Made by a program: the position numbers and the translations under genes. A model generated the notes under the pieces. The model saw only the letters and a list, made by a program, of their open reading frames with translations, searched no databases and was not told where the DNA came from. A stretch of DNA of 64,000 bases from positions 130,822,001 to 130,886,000 of the forward strand of contig CM059431.1 in NCBI GenBank assembly GCA_030390025.1, written 5' to 3'. Below are positions 35,465-49,600 of the stretch, in pieces. This DNA comes from Squalus acanthias. Its lineage: Eukaryota. Position 1 is the stretch's first letter. Each line of letters begins with the position of its first letter.

Positions 35465-37790
35465 GCACAGAAGGAGGCCATTCATCCCGTCGTACCTGTG
35501 CTGGCTCTTTGAAAGAGCAGTCATGCTTAGTCCCACATTCCCGCTTTTTGTCCATATCCCTGTAAGTTCCTCATTCTCAAATATCTGTCCAACTCCCTTT
35601 TAAAATTATTTATGAATCAGATTCTATCACCTTTTCGGCTAGAGCGTTGCAGATCCTGATAACTCTGAGTGAAAATATTTCTCCTCCTCTCTCCTCTAGA
35701 TCATTTGCCAATGATTTTGAAACAATGGGCTAGAAATTGGGTTGCTTTGCACCTCTCGTTAGCGACCTGGGGGAAATTCAGCGGCGGCGGTAGCGCCCCG
35801 CTATGCTGCGCCAGCGATGATGATGTCATCGCCATGCACAGCGCCCCGTTTTCGCCCCGGCCACAAACTTCCCTTGCGCCCCCTGACCTATCGCCGGGCA
35901 ATATGTGCGACAGGATCAGGGGGCGGATTTGCAGCGGCGGTAGCAATTTAAAGGGCAGGTGTCGGGCGGCCATTTTTATTTTGGCCAACTGCCAGCACCT
36001 GCCTCCTTTCACATTTGTATGCGGGGTACCGGCCGCGATTGTTAAGCCTGGCACACCTCTTGAGTGCTGGGCTGTTTCCACGGCACCCCACGGTGGTCCG
36101 GCAGGGCCCTGGTGCGCGCAGCGCTAGGCCCCTCCCTTTTAATCAGGAGGCCTGCAATGACGCGGCAATGCTGCATGTAGCGCCGCGACATTGAGTAGTA
36201 GCCCCCCAAGAAGGAGGTGGACACTTCCAGTAGCGCTCCACCTCCTTCTTGGGGCGCTACTACTGAATTTACGGGGTAGGGGCGCTAACTTTTCGGCGAG
36301 GTTAGCACTCCAAAATGTGCTATACCCAATTTTTCCCCCCTATGGCCTTTAGTTATTGACCCACTTGCCAGAGGAAATTATTTTTCTCTATCTACTCTAT
36401 CAAAACCGCTCATCACCTTGAAAACCACTATTAGGTCACCTCTTAACCTTCTCTGTTCCAAGGAGAACAGTCCTAACTTTTCCAACCTCCCCCCATAACT
36501 GAAGTTCCTCATCTCTGGTAACATCTTGATAAATCTGTACCCTGAAATGTGATGCCCAGAATTGTCCACAATACTCCAGCTGAGGCCTAACCAGTGATTC
36601 ATAAAGTTCTAGCATTATCTCTACTTTTATATTCTATTCCTCTATTTATAACCCCAAGTAAACCATATGCTTTTTAAATACCTTATCAACTTGCCCTGCC
36701 ATCTTTGAGGATTTGTATAAATGGGCACTAAGGTCTCTCTGCTCATCTACACTTTTCAAAATCGTGCCATTTATAGTATATTGTCTTTCCATATTAGTCC
36801 TCCCAAAGTGCATCACTTCATGCTTCTCCGCATTGAACTCTATCTGCCATGCTTCTGCCCATTTCACCATCCTGCCTATGTCATCCTGATCTACTACTTT
36901 GCCAAGTTTCGTGTCATCTGCAAACTCTGCTGCTCCCTACACCCGAGTCTATATCGTTTATAAAAATTGAAAAGAGTAATGGACCCAAAACTGACCCATG
37001 GGGAACACCACTGCAAACCACCTGCCAGTCTGAGAAACATCCATCCACCAAAATCCTTTGCTTCTTGTCTGGGCCAATTTTGTATCCATACCGCCACTTT
37101 GCCCTTAATTCCTTGGAGTCCCATCTTCTTAATAAGCCTCATGTGTGACACTTTGTCAAATGCCTTCCGAAAGTCCATATATACAACTTCTAGTGCACTA
37201 CCTTGATCAACCTTCTATGTTACCTCATCAAAGAATTCAATCAATTTAGTCAAACATGATTTTCCTTTAACAAATCCATGCTGACTCTCCTTGATTAACC
37301 CATGCCTTTCTAAATGAAAGTTTATTTTGTTCCTGATAATGGTTTCCAATAAGTTCCCCACCATCGATGTTAGGCTGACTGGCATGTAGTTTCCTGGTTT
37401 ATCCCTCTCCCCTTTCTTGAATCGTGGTATAACATTAGCAACCCTCCAGTCCTCTGGCACAACTCCTGTAACCAATGAGAATTGAAAGATTGTGACAAAT
37501 GCCTCTGCTATTTCTACCTTTGCTTCTTTCAGCAACCTAGGATGCATTCCATCTGGGCCAGGTGACTTTCCCACTGTCAGTAATGCTAATCTTTTTAGTA
37601 CATCTTCTCTATTACTATCCTGTCCATAACATCCCTCTCCTCTTTTAGGGTAACCTTCACATCATCCGCTTCCTTTCTGATAACAGATGCAAAGTACTCG
37701 TTTCATACTTTTGCCATGTCCTCTGCCTCTATATGAAGATTTCCCTTTGGGTCCTTCATAGGCCTAACTTTTTTTCCAGCTAACTGCTTA
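35465..37790 (-). mobile_element. CR1 LINE ORF2 fragment with 3' end, interrupted by a MITE
   Basis: KSPGPDGMHPRLLKE, QHGFVKGKSCLT, DFRKAFDKV and LGLFSLEQRRLRGDL motifs. Confidence 0.88.
35727..36340. mobile_element. Harbinger-type MITE
   Basis: GGGCTAGAAATTGGGT/ACCCAATTTTTCCCCCC termini. Interrupts the CR1 fragment. Confidence 0.78.
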
Positions 37791-37794
37791 CACT

Positions 37795-40229
37795 TTGAAA
37801 TTGTAGTGTGCCGGAAACCTGCCAGTGCCACCGCGGGCCGAAGCAAATGGCCGCCCAAAATAATAGCACAGGCAGCACCGTATTTTGGTGCTGCTTGCTA
37901 ATTTAAATTAGCGCAGTGCAACACTCTTTTTCCGGCAGTAGTCTCAGCAGGAGGCCCAATGTAGTGTGGCCGTAGTGTCCCTGGAACAAGAGTAGCGTTA
38001 TCTTACAGCTAGCCTGTCATTTTAGAAAGCAGTGTCGATCCCTTAAATGGGAACTGCCTTCTAAAATGAAAAAAAATTAAATCATTCAAAAATAGGCAAT
38101 CTGCGATATGCTTATGGAGGGCGTGACAGCATGCAGGGAGGTTCTCTTCCCTTCCCATGGGCGGAAGAGACCTCCCCAGGAGATCAACGCAGCCTGGTTG
38201 CACATTACACAGGAGGGCACAAGCAGGGATGTCATCAGGAGGACCAGGCTGCAGTGGCACAAGCCTTTCAATGATCTGAGTAGATCAGAAAACGTTACTG
38301 CCAAGCCACACTCAACCTCATCCCGCTGTGCGACTCATCACATCCCCATAACTCTGCCTTCCCTACCCTACACCTGCGCATCTTTACTCACACCAACTTA
38401 CCTTGCACCTCCACCCATCCCTCTCTATCAACGTTATCACTTCCCCATCTCACTAACCACCCCTCACACTCACCCTCATCCTACTGTAAGCATACGAACT
38501 AACAATACATAAGGGTAAGCACTTGGGTGGTTTAGCCAATGTTCATGTGAAGTTTTTGTTAATGTGTTGTCAAACATTGAAATCTATGGGTTGGATTTTG
38601 ATACTGGGGCGGGTTGGGGTCGTGTCATCCACTTTTCGTGTTATCCACCCGACTGCAATTGGATGTGGGAGATTGATGCGATTTTCACCTAATTGGGCAA
38701 TTGAGTTCCAGCATGTGGGAACCCATGATGCAATTAGTGTTTTCAGTCTGAAAGTTGCCTCTGATGATGTCATCATTGCTGCTGCATTGAAGGTCTGCAA
38801 AGACTGCCTGGCCTTTGCTGTGAGAGGACCTGGATGCAAAATGAGCAGCAGCAGCCCGAAGTCTGCTCCCAGATATTTTTGCACCACCACTCCCAGATAT
38901 GTCTCCCCTCCACCACCACTCCCAGATATGTCTCCCCTCCACCACGCCAGCCAGCCAGCCAGCCAGAGCTATCCAAATGTGCTCCCACCAGGTTTCACAT
39001 TCGTGGTTCAGAACAGGCGTGCTTCACGTAGAAAAAGGGTTAAAATCACAAAGGCCTTTCAAAATGGCATTATAGAGGCAATTTAGTGCTTGTTAAGGGC
39101 CTTAACAGCCTATCCCGCCTCTTAGAGGCGGGACGGAGTCGGGACCAGCAGACACGATTTAATGAAAATTGCGGGATGGAGGCGGGCTTGTGCTCGCCCG
39201 CCAGTTTTCGCAATTTTAACCCCCCACAAGCCTCCAAACCCACCTCCACGGGTCAATGAAAATCCAGCCCTATATTTTCAACACTTTATCTTATTGGTCA
39301 GATCTGTACTCAACTTTGGAAGTGTCTTAGTGATTTCCAGTGAATGTTGAGACATAACTCCCCCCCACCCCCGCCCCCACAATTCTGATGAGTGTGAAAG
39401 GAATGGCTTGGACATTGTAGGAATGCTTTATGGTGCTGGTGTGGGGTGGTGTCAACCTGGCACATCATGTGGCCCCCAGGGTGTACAGCATCAAGTGAAG
39501 TAAATCTGGCCATGGTGATGCCATCGCTGGCCTCCCGGGCAGCAATGTTGTCAGGTGTTGCCCTGTGTCCTGTGCAGCATCAGGTGATTGCAGAGAAGGC
39601 TGGTGTTGTTGTTGTTGCTGCTGGTGATGCTGGTGTTGTGGCTGATCGTGGAAGGATTCAGAGGACCATGGTGAGATTTTTTCAAGGGCGTCGATGTTCA
39701 TGGAATAGATGGCAGCTGAAGTTGAGATGACAGAAGCGATCTGTCAATGGTGAGAGAGCTTGCTCCAAGGAGGTGATAATGGATAGAGAGTTTACTCCAA
39801 ACACTTCCAAACTGCATACAACTCAAAAGTGTCTTCCAACTCCTAAAGGCTCAAGCTTCTGACATTGGAAAGTGACCAACTGTGAAATGGTAGATTTCAT
39901 ACCACTTTTGCAGCTGTCACCTATTCACAGCAATGGGGAGACATAGAGAACCCGACCTACTTACCTGACGTGATCTCCGAACGACATGAACCTCGTTAAA
40001 AAAGTGGTAAAATAGAAATAGGCTGGCAAAATAGTAGTTAACAAGCATTTAACAAGCACTTAACTATCTTAAATGCCTCCCCCGCCGTTCTGAAATCGCA
40101 GACCCGACACTTTGGAAACTTACATGGAGGCGGGTTCGGAGCGGGCTCCCAAACCGCTGTCAATCATTTTGATTTTGACAGTGGACCCACCTTCGAACCC
40201 GCACTCTGAGCGCCGGCAAAATCGCGGCC
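37795..40229. mobile_element. Internally deleted Harbinger element with a Myb/SANT-like remnant and a nested MITE
   Basis: 38108-38295 encodes EVLFPSHGRKRPPQEINAAWLHI..RRTRLQWHKPFNDL. The right end AAAATCGCGGCC is homologous to family D. The left boundary is uncertain. Confidence 0.65.
38588..39270. mobile_element. Harbinger-type MITE family C, copy 1
   Basis: TIR GGGTTGGATTTT/AAAATCCAGCCC with TSD TAT. Near-identical to 40399-41069. Confidence 0.9.
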
Positions 40230-40398
40230 ATTACCTCAGCTATTTACGTGTTCTCTGTGTCTTGTCAGTGGGGGTTGAGGCATGTAGAAATGGAAGCACA
40301 AATATTGACAGTCCATCAGCCAGGAATTTGGGAGAAAGGCAAAAAAAAGCTTAACACCAAGGTTGAAAGCTATCCCATCAGTATGGTGTTCAAACAGA

Positions 40399-40671
40399 GG
40401 GCTGGATTTTGATACTGGGGTGGGCCGGGGTCATGTCATCCACTTTTCGTGTCATCCACCCGCCTGCAATTGGATGTGGGAGATTGATGCAATTTTCACC
40501 TAATTGGGCAATTGAGTTCCAGCATGTGGGAACCCATGAACCAATTAGTGTTTTCAGTCTGAAAGTCGCCTCTGATGATGTCCCCATTACTGCTGCATTG
40601 CAGATCTTCAGAGACTGCCTGGCCTTTGCTGTGAGATGACCTGGATGCAAAATGAGCAGCAGCCCTAAGTT

Positions 40672-40704
<33 letters not shown>

Positions 40705-41069
40705 GAGAATTTTCTTTCCACCACCACCACTCCCAGATACCTGCCAGCCACACTCACTCACTGATAGTCAGCCCAGCCACTGATAGTCAGCTATCCAAAT
40801 GTGCTCCCGCCAGGTTTCACATTCGTCGTTCAGAACAGGCGTGCTTCACGTAGAACAAGGGTTAAAATCACAAAGGCCTTTCAAAATGGCATTATAGAGC
40901 CAATTTAGGGCCTATCCCGTCTCTTAAAGGCGGGACGCAGTCGGGATCAACAGACACGATTTCATGAAAATTGCGTGGAGGCGGACATGTGCCCACCCGC
41001 CAGTTTTCGCAATTTTAACCCCCCACATGCCTCCAAACCCACCTCCACGGGTCAATGAAAATCCAGCCC
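40399..41069. mobile_element. Harbinger-type MITE family C, copy 2
   Basis: TIR GGGCTGGATTTT/AAAATCCAGCCC with TSD AGA. Contains an internal (GA)n tract. Confidence 0.9.
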
Positions 41070-41990
41070 AGAGGGTTCTCACCCCAAGCACCAACCAATC
41101 TGGGAGAGATTTTTTTTGACATTTGGTTTAAATGTAAAAAAGACTTTTCTTTTTGGGAGTGCTGTCTCCTGTATTTATCTGATCATACCAATTCCTCACA
41201 GTGAATTCTTAAAAACAGTAAAAAGCTGTGCCTAGTTTGAATCACCTTTTCTTTCAAAATCACTTACAGCAGGAATGTTAATTGGTTTCTGAACACCCTC
41301 CCAATCTCAGCTGTGAAGACCCTCACCATAATAGATTGCTGTTGATTACTGAGAATATCATGGAGTTTTGAATAGAATTTACATTTTTGTCTTTACAGTG
41401 TCAAATATTATGAAAGAGTTCTTCAAACAAAAGTGAAACTGATAGTCCTTTATGTGAGAATGCTGGACACTCCAATTGAATGTGTAGAAGGAGTTTTCAT
41501 TTTCCTGCTTTACTATATATTTTGTGTATAAGCAACAAAGCAATTACCTGTTAAAGCCCTAGGGCAAGATTTTATTCTTGTTGTTACAATATGAAGAGTA
41601 ATTTAAAGAGCATCACCACGTGGTGGATTTAGAATTATCAGATGAATATTCAAATTTTTATTGATGTAGCCTGCCGATTTATTCTCATGCTGCTGTTTTA
41701 AACCTTTGGAGCAGTCATGCAAACATGTTAAGTTCAAGATGTCATTCACTTCAAACACATGGGCCTGGAAATTGGATCATGCTGTGCCCACTTTACAGGC
41801 GTAAAACAGGCCCCAAGGGTCCAAAAATGCAGGCTGCGTGCTGGCACTCATTCCACAGTAGAGGACCGCTGCCTGCTATATTAGTTAGGGTTCCTTTACA
41901 TAGAAACATAGAAGATAGGAGCAGGAGTAGGCCATTTGGCCCCTCGAGCCTGTTCCGTCATTTAATGAGATCATGGCTGATCATCCAAAT

Positions 41991-44975
41991 TCAGTACCCT
42001 GTCCCTGCTTTCTCCCCATATCCCTTAATCCCTTTAGCCTTAAGAAATATATCTAACTCCTTCTTGAATATATTTAATGAATTGCCCTCAACTGCCTTCT
42101 GTGGTAGAGAATTCCACAGGTTCACCACTCTCTGGGTGAAGAAATTCCTCCTCATCTCAGTCCTAAATGGCTTATCCCTTATCCTTAGACTGTAACCCCT
42201 GGTTCTGAACTCCCCCGCCATCGGGAACAGCCTTCCTGCATCTAGTCTGTCTAGTCCTGTTAGAATTTTATAAGTTTCAATGAGATCCCCTCTCATTCTT
42301 CTGAACTCGAGCGAATACAAGCCCAATCGACCCAATCTCTCTTCATACATCATTCCTGCCATCCCAGGTATCAGTCTGGTGAATCTTCGCTGCACTCCCT
42401 CCATGGCAAGAACATCTTTCCTCAGATAAGGCGACCAAAACTGCACACAATACTCAAGGTGTGGTCTCACCAAGGCCCTGTACAACTGCAGCAAGACATC
42501 CTTGCTCCTGTACTCGAATCCTCTCGCTATGAAGGCCAACATACCATTTGCCTTCTTAACCGCCTGCTGCACCTGCATGCTTACCTTCAGCGACTGGTGC
42601 ACAAGGACACCCAGGTGTCGTTGCACTTCCCCTTTTCCCAATCTATTGCCATTCAGATAATAATCTGTCTTCCTGTTTTTGCCACCAAAGTGGATAACCT
42701 CGCATTTATCCACATTATACTGCATCTGCCATGCATCTGCCCAATCACCCAACCTGTCCAAATCATACTGGAGTTTTTCTGCATCCTCCTCACAGCACAC
42801 ACGTCCACCCAGCTTTGTGTCATCTGCAAACTTGGAGATATTACATCTAGTTCCCTCGTCCAGATCATTAATATATATTGTGAATAACTGGGGTCCTAGC
42901 ACTGATCCCTGCGGTACCCCACTAGTCACTGCCTGCCACTCGGAAAAAGACCTGTTTATTCCAACTCTTTGCTTCCTGTCTGCCAACGAGTTTTCTATCC
43001 AAGTCAATACCTTACCCACAATCCCATGTGCTTTAACTTTGCACGCTAATCTCTTATGCGGGACCTTATCGAAAGCCTTCTGAAAGTCCAAATATACTAC
43101 ATCCACTGGTTCTTCCTTATCTATTCTACCAGTTACATCCTCAAAAAATTCCAGTAGATTAGTCAAGCATGATTTACATTTTGTAAATCCATGTTGACTT
43201 TGTCCGATCCTGTCACTGTTTTCCAAGTGCTCTGCTATTACATCTTTTATAATGGACTCTAGCATTTTCCCCACTGCCAATGTCAGGCTTACCGGTCCAT
43301 AATTCCCCGTTTTCTCTCTCCCACCTTTTTTAAATAGTGGGGTTACATTAGCTACCTTCCAATCCACGGGTACTGTTCAAGCGTCTATAGAATTTTAGAA
43401 GATGACCAGCAATGCATCTACTATTTCTGGGGCCACTTCCTTAAGTACCCTAGGATGTAGATTATCAGGCCCTGGGGATTTATCGGCCTTCAATCCCATT
43501 AATTTCCCTAACACCATTTCCCTACAAATACTGATTTCATTCAGTTCCTCCCTCTCATTAGACCCTGTGTTCCCTGACATTTCTGGGAGTTTATTTGTGT
43601 CCTCCTTTGTGAAGACAGAACCAAAGTATGTATTTAATTGGTCTGCCATTTCTTTGTTCCCATTATAAATTCCCCTGATTCTCACTGCAAGGGACCTACA
43701 CTTGACTTCACCAATCTTTTTCTCTTCACATATCTATAGAAGTTTTTACAGTAAGTTTTTATGTTCCCTGCAAGCTTACTCTCATATTCTATTTTCCCCC
43801 TCTTAATTAATCCCTTTGTCCTCCTTTGCTGAATCCTAAACTGCCCCCAATCCTCAGGTTTGCTGCTTCTTCTGGCCAATTTATATGTCCTCTCCTTGGA
43901 TCTTATGCTATCCCTAATTTCCCTTGTTAGCCACGGTTGAGTCACCTTTTTTGTTTTATTTTTATGCCAAACAGGGATGAACAAATTCTGTAGTTCATCC
44001 ATGCGATCTTTAAATGTTTGCCATTGCTTATCCACCGTCAACTCATTAAGTAACATTTCCCAATCCATCGTAGCCAACTCGCGCCTCATACCATCGTAGT
44101 TTCCTTTATTTAAATTCAGTACCCTAGTCTCTGAGTCAACTAATACTTCACTCTCCATCTTAATGAAGAATTCTATCATATTATGATCGCTCCTCCCCAA
44201 GGGGCCTCGCACAACAAGATCGCTAATTAATCCTTTCTCATTACATAATATCCAGTCTAAGATGGCTTGATCTCTAGTTGGTTCCTCGACATATTGGTCC
44301 AGGAAACCATCCCGTATACACTCTAGGAATTCCTCCTCCACAGTATTGTTACTAATTTGGTTAGCCCAATCTATATGTAGATTAAAGTCACCCATGATAA
44401 CTGCTGCGCCCTTATTGCACGCGTCTCTAATTTCCCATTTAATGCCATCCCCAACCTCAGCATTACTGTTTGGGGGTCTGTATATCACTCCCACTAACGT
44501 TTTCTGCCCCTTGGTATTTCTCAGCTCTGCCCATTCAGATTCCACATCATCAGAGCTAATATCCTTCCTTACTATTGTGTTAATCTCCTCTTTAACCAGC
44601 AATGCTACCCCACCTCCTTCTCCTTTTTGCCTGTCCTTCCTGAATATTGAATACCCCTGGATGTTGAATTCTCAGCCTTGGTCACCCTGGAGCCATGTCT
44701 CCGTAATCCCAATTATATCATATCCATTTACATCTATTTGCGCAGCTAATTCATCCACCTTATTACGAATGCTCCTCGCATTAAGACACAAAGCCTCCAG
44801 GCTTGTTTTTTTTAACACTCTTAGACCTTTTAGAATTATTGTTTACTGTGGCCCTGTTTGATTTACACCCTTGATTTCTCTGGCTTCCACTTTTGCTTTT
44901 CTCCTTCCTGTCTTTTGCTTCTATCCTTGCTTCCCTTTCCTCTGTCTCCCTGCACAGGTTCCCAACCCCCTGCCA
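41991..44975 (-). pseudogene. CR1 ORF2 (APE endonuclease plus reverse transcriptase), disrupted near 43685 and 43395
   Basis: NARSIRNK, ITETWL, GDFN and SDH (APE). KSPGPD, QHGF, GVPQGSVLGP and FADD (RT). The start is approximate. Confidence 0.93.
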
Positions 44976-44977
44976 TT

Positions 44978-45925
44978 TTAGTTTAAACCCTCCCCAACAG
45001 CACTAGCAAACACTCCCCCTCGGACATCGGTCCCGGTCCTGCCCAGGTGCAAACTGTCCAGTTTGTACTGGTCCCACCTCCCCCAGAACCGGTTCCAATG
45101 TCCCAGGAATTTGAATCCCTCCCCCTTGCACCATTCTTCTAGCCACGTATTCATCTGAAATATCCTTCTACTTCTACTCTGACTAGTACGTGGCACTGGT
45201 AGCAATCCTGAGATTACTACCTTTGAGGTCCGATTTTTTAATTTACCTCCTAAATCCCTATATTCAGCTTTTAGGTCCTCATCCCGTTTTTTACCTATAT
45301 CGTTGGTACCTATATGCACCACGACAACTGGCTGTTCACCCCCCTCGCCCCCCCTCCAGAATGCCCTGCAGCCTCTCCGAGACATCCTTGACTCTTGCAC
45401 CAGGGAGGCAACATACCATCCTGGAGTCTCGTTTGCGGCCGCAGAAACGCCTATCTATTCCCCTTACAATAGAACCCCCTATCACTATAGCTCTCCCGCT
45501 CTTTTTCCTCCTGTCCTGTGCAGCAGAACCACCCATGGTGCCAGGAAGTTGGTTGCTGCTGCCTTCCCCGATAAGCCATCCTCCTCAACAATATCCAAAG
45601 CGGTATATCTGTTTGAGAGGGGGACGGCCACAGGGGACCCCTGCACTACCTGCCTGCGCCTACTACTCTGCCTGGCGGTCACCCATTCCCCTCCTGCCTG
45701 TGTAGCCTTTACCTGCGGTGTGACCAACTCATTAAACGTGATATCCACGATGTCCTCTGCATCCTGAATGCTCCAGTATGTATCCATTCGCAGCTCCAGC
45801 GCCGCAATGCGGTCTGCCAGTAGTTGCAGCTGGATACACTTCCCACACACATGGTCGTCAGGAACACAGGAAGTGTCCCTGATTTCCCACATAGAGCATG
45901 CCACGGGGCCAAGCTGTGCTGCCAT
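44978..45925 (-). pseudogene. CR1 ORF1 (zinc-finger/leucine-zipper N-terminus plus SGNH esterase domain), frameshifted
   Basis: CSMW..HVCGKCIQLQLLADRIAALELRMD, IVIGGSIVRG, VHIGTNDI and DSLH motifs. Confidence 0.88.
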
Positions 45926-46647
45926 GACTTACCCTTTAATGAATTTAAATTAAATTAAATCAAATCAATACCACAAATTACACTACAATTAAATGATATA
46001 GTCAAGGGCCCTTGTTTAGTAGCACTCCCCGCTACACAACTGAGACCTTAGAAACTATAACCACAAAATTAAGACCTTCTAAACTTGATAAACTATTAAC
46101 CTCAACTGTCAAACTATAGAGTAGTACAAATACTCACCTGGCCGTCCTTCTATTTCTACTCTGACTAGCACGTGGCACTGGTAGCAATCCTCAGATTACT
46201 ACCTTTGAGGTCCTATTTTTTAATTTACCTCCTAACTCCCTATATTCAGCTTTTAGGACCTCATCCCGGTTTTTACCTATATCGTTGGTACCTATATGCA
46301 CCACGACAACTGGCTGTTCACCCTCCCCCTCCAGAATCCTTTATACGTATCCAGGACATGTGCTTGAAACTGGTGTTAGGCCCATTGCACGTGCAAATCG
46401 AGGGCCTAACACTTGTTTCAGGCCCCTTTGCAAAATTGGACTGTGAATGACCACATGATGCGTCGGTTTCTTCAGGCCCTCAGCAAAAAAAAACAGCGGA
46501 CATCTGACGGCCATCACCTAACCCCACCCAATTGCTTCCCTCCTCAAATTCCCCTGCAGCCCTGGCCGGTGTCCATGTGGCAGAGCTGGTTGCACCTCAC
46601 AACCAGAGAACTGTTGGTAATGAGGACGGCGGACCAATTCCCTTCTC

Positions 46648-49600
46648 CCGATCATGCCTTCAGCCTTCCACCCTCTCCCCCGATCATGCTCTCAGCCTTT
46701 CCCCACCCCCTCACCCCGATCTCACCCTCAGTCTTCCCCCCCCGATCACACCCTCAGTCTTCCCCCCCCGATCACACCCTCAGTCTTCCCCCCCATCACA
46801 CCCTCAGTCTTTCCCCCCCGATCACACCCTCAGTCTTCCTCCCTCCCCCCGATCACACCCTCAGTCTTCCTCCCCCCGATCACACCCTCAGTCTTCCTCC
46901 CCCCCAATCACACCCTCAGTCTTCCCCCCCGATCACACCCTCAGTCTTCCTCCCTCCCCCCGATCACACCCTCAGTCTTCCTCCCCCGATCACACCCTCA
47001 GTCTTCCTCCCTCCCCCCGATCACACCCTCAGTCTTCCCCCCCCCGATCACACCCTCAGTCTTCCTCCCTCCCCCCGATCACACCCTCAGTCTTCCTCCC
47101 CCCCGATCACACCCTCAGTCTTCCTCCCTCCCCCCGATCACACCGTCAGTCTTCCTCCCCCCCGATCACACCCTCAGTCTTCCTCCCCCCGATCACACCC
47201 TCAGTCTTCCTCCCTCCCCCCGATCACACCCTCAGTCTTCCTCCCCCCCGATCACACCCTCAGTCTTCCTCCCTCCCCCCGATCACACCCTCAGTCTTCC
47301 CCCCCGATCACACCCTCAGTCTTCCTCCCCATCACACCCTCAGTCTTCCCCCAATCACACCCTCAGTCTTCCCTCGCCCCGATCACACCCTCAGTCTTCC
47401 TCCCCCATCACACCCTCAGTCTTCCCCCCAATCACACCCTCAGTCTTCCCTCCCCCCGATCACACCCTCAGTCTTCCTCCCCCCCCCGATCACACCCTCA
47501 GTCTTCCTCCCCCCCCCGATCACACCCTCAGTCTTGCCCCCCCCCCGATCACACCCTCAGTCTTCCTCCCTCCCCCCCGAGCACACCCTCAGTCTTCCCC
47601 CCCGATCACACCCTCAGTCTTCCTCCCTCCCCCCCCGATCACACCCTCAGTCTTCTTCCCTCCCCCCCCGATCACACCCTCAGTCTTCCTCCCCCCGATC
47701 ACACCCTCAGTCTTCCTCCCTCCCCCCCCGATCACACCCTCAGTCTTCCTCCCCCCGATCACACCCTCAGTCTTCCCCCCAATCACACCCTCAGTCTTCC
47801 CTCCCCGATCACACCCTCAGTCTTCCTCCCCCCCGATCACACCCTCAGTCTTCCTCCCCCTCCCCCGATCACACCCTCAGTCTTCCTCCCCCCGATCACA
47901 CCCTCAGTCTTCCCTCCCCCATCACACCCTCAGTCTTCCTCCCCCTCCCCCGATCACACCCTCAGTCTTCCTCCCCCTCCCCCGATCACACCCTCAGTCT
48001 TCCTCCCCCCGATCACACCCTCAGTCTTCCTCCCCCTCCCCCGATCACACCCTCAGTCTTCCTCCCCCCGATCACACCCTCAGTCTTCCTCCCCCCGATC
48101 ACACCCTCAGTCTTCCTGCCCCCCGATCACACCCTCAGTCTTCCTCCCTCCCCCCCGATCACACCCTCAGTCTTCCTCCCCCCGATCACACCCTCAGTCT
48201 TCCTCCCTCCCCCCATCACACCCTCAGTCTTCCTCCCCCCGATCACACCCTCAGTCTTCCTCCCCCCCGATCACACCCTCAGTCTTCCTCCCCCCCCCCG
48301 ATCACACCCTCAGTCTTCCCCCCGATCACACCCTCAGTCTTCCCCCCGATCACACCCTCAGTCTTCTCCCCGATCACACCCTCAGTCTTCCCCCCCATCA
48401 CACCCTCAGTCTTCCTCCCCCCCGATCACACCCTCAGTCTTCTCCCCGATCACACCCTCAGTCTTCCTCCCGATCACACCCTCAGTCTTCCTCCCCCCAA
48501 TCACACCCTCAGTCTTCCTCCCCCCGATCACACCCTCAGTCTTCCTCCCTCCCCCCCATCACACCCTCAGTCTTCCTCCCCCCGATCACACCCTCAGTCT
48601 TCCTCCCTCCCCCCCCGATCACACCCTCAGTCTTCCTCCCTCCCCCCCCGATCACACCCTCAGTCTTCCTCCTCCCCAATCACACCCTCAGTCTTCCCCC
48701 CCCGATCACACCCTCAGTCTTCCTCCCCCCCCGATCACACCCTCGGTCTTCCTCCCTCCCCCCGATCACACCCTCAGTCTTCCCCCCGATCACACCCTCA
48801 GTCTTCCTCCCCCCCGATCACACCCTCAGTCTTCCTCCCTCCCCCCCGATCACACCCTCAGTCTTCCTCCCTCCCCCCCGATCACACCCTCAGTCTTCCT
48901 CCCTCCCCCCCGATCACACCCTCAGTCTTCCTCCCCCCCGATCACACCCTCAGTCTTCCTCCCTCCCCCCCGATCACACCCTCAGTCTTCCTCCCCCCCG
49001 ATCTCACCCTCAGTCTTCCTCCCTCCCCCCCCCGATGACACCCTCAGTCTTCCTCCCCCCGATCACACCCTCAGTCTTCCTCCCCCCAATCACACCCTCA
49101 GTCTTCCCCCCCGATCACACCCTCAGTCTTCCTCCCTCCCCCGATCACACCCTCAGTCTTCCTCCCTCCCCCCGATCACACCCTCAGTCTTCTTCCCTCC
49201 CCCCCGATCACACCCTCAGTCTTCCTCCCTCCCCCCGATCACACCCTCAGTCTTCCTCCCTCTCCCCCGATCACACCCTCAGTCTTCCCCCCCGATCACA
49301 CCCTCAATCTTCCCCCCCGATCACACCCTCAGTCTTCCCCCCCAATCACACCCTCAGTCTTCCCCCCCGATCACACCCTCAGTCTTTCTCCCTCCCCCCG
49401 ATCACACCCTGAGTCTTCCTCCCCCCCATCACACCCTCAGTCTTCCCCCCCGATCACACCCTCAGTCTTCCTCCCTCCCCCCGATCACACCCTCAGTCTT
49501 CCTCCCCCCCGATCACACCCTCAGTCTTCCTCCCTCCCCCCGATCACACCCTCAGTCTTCCTCCCCCCCGATCACACCCTCAGTCTTCCTCCCTCCCCCC

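Larger units (their letters stand above)
41899..46336 (-). mobile_element. Near full-length CR1 LINE (HER1-like) insertion
   Basis: 5' region, ORF1, ORF2 and a (TTTCTATG)-type 3' tail. 7-bp TSD TCCTTTA at 41892-41898 and 46337-46343. Confidence 0.92.
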
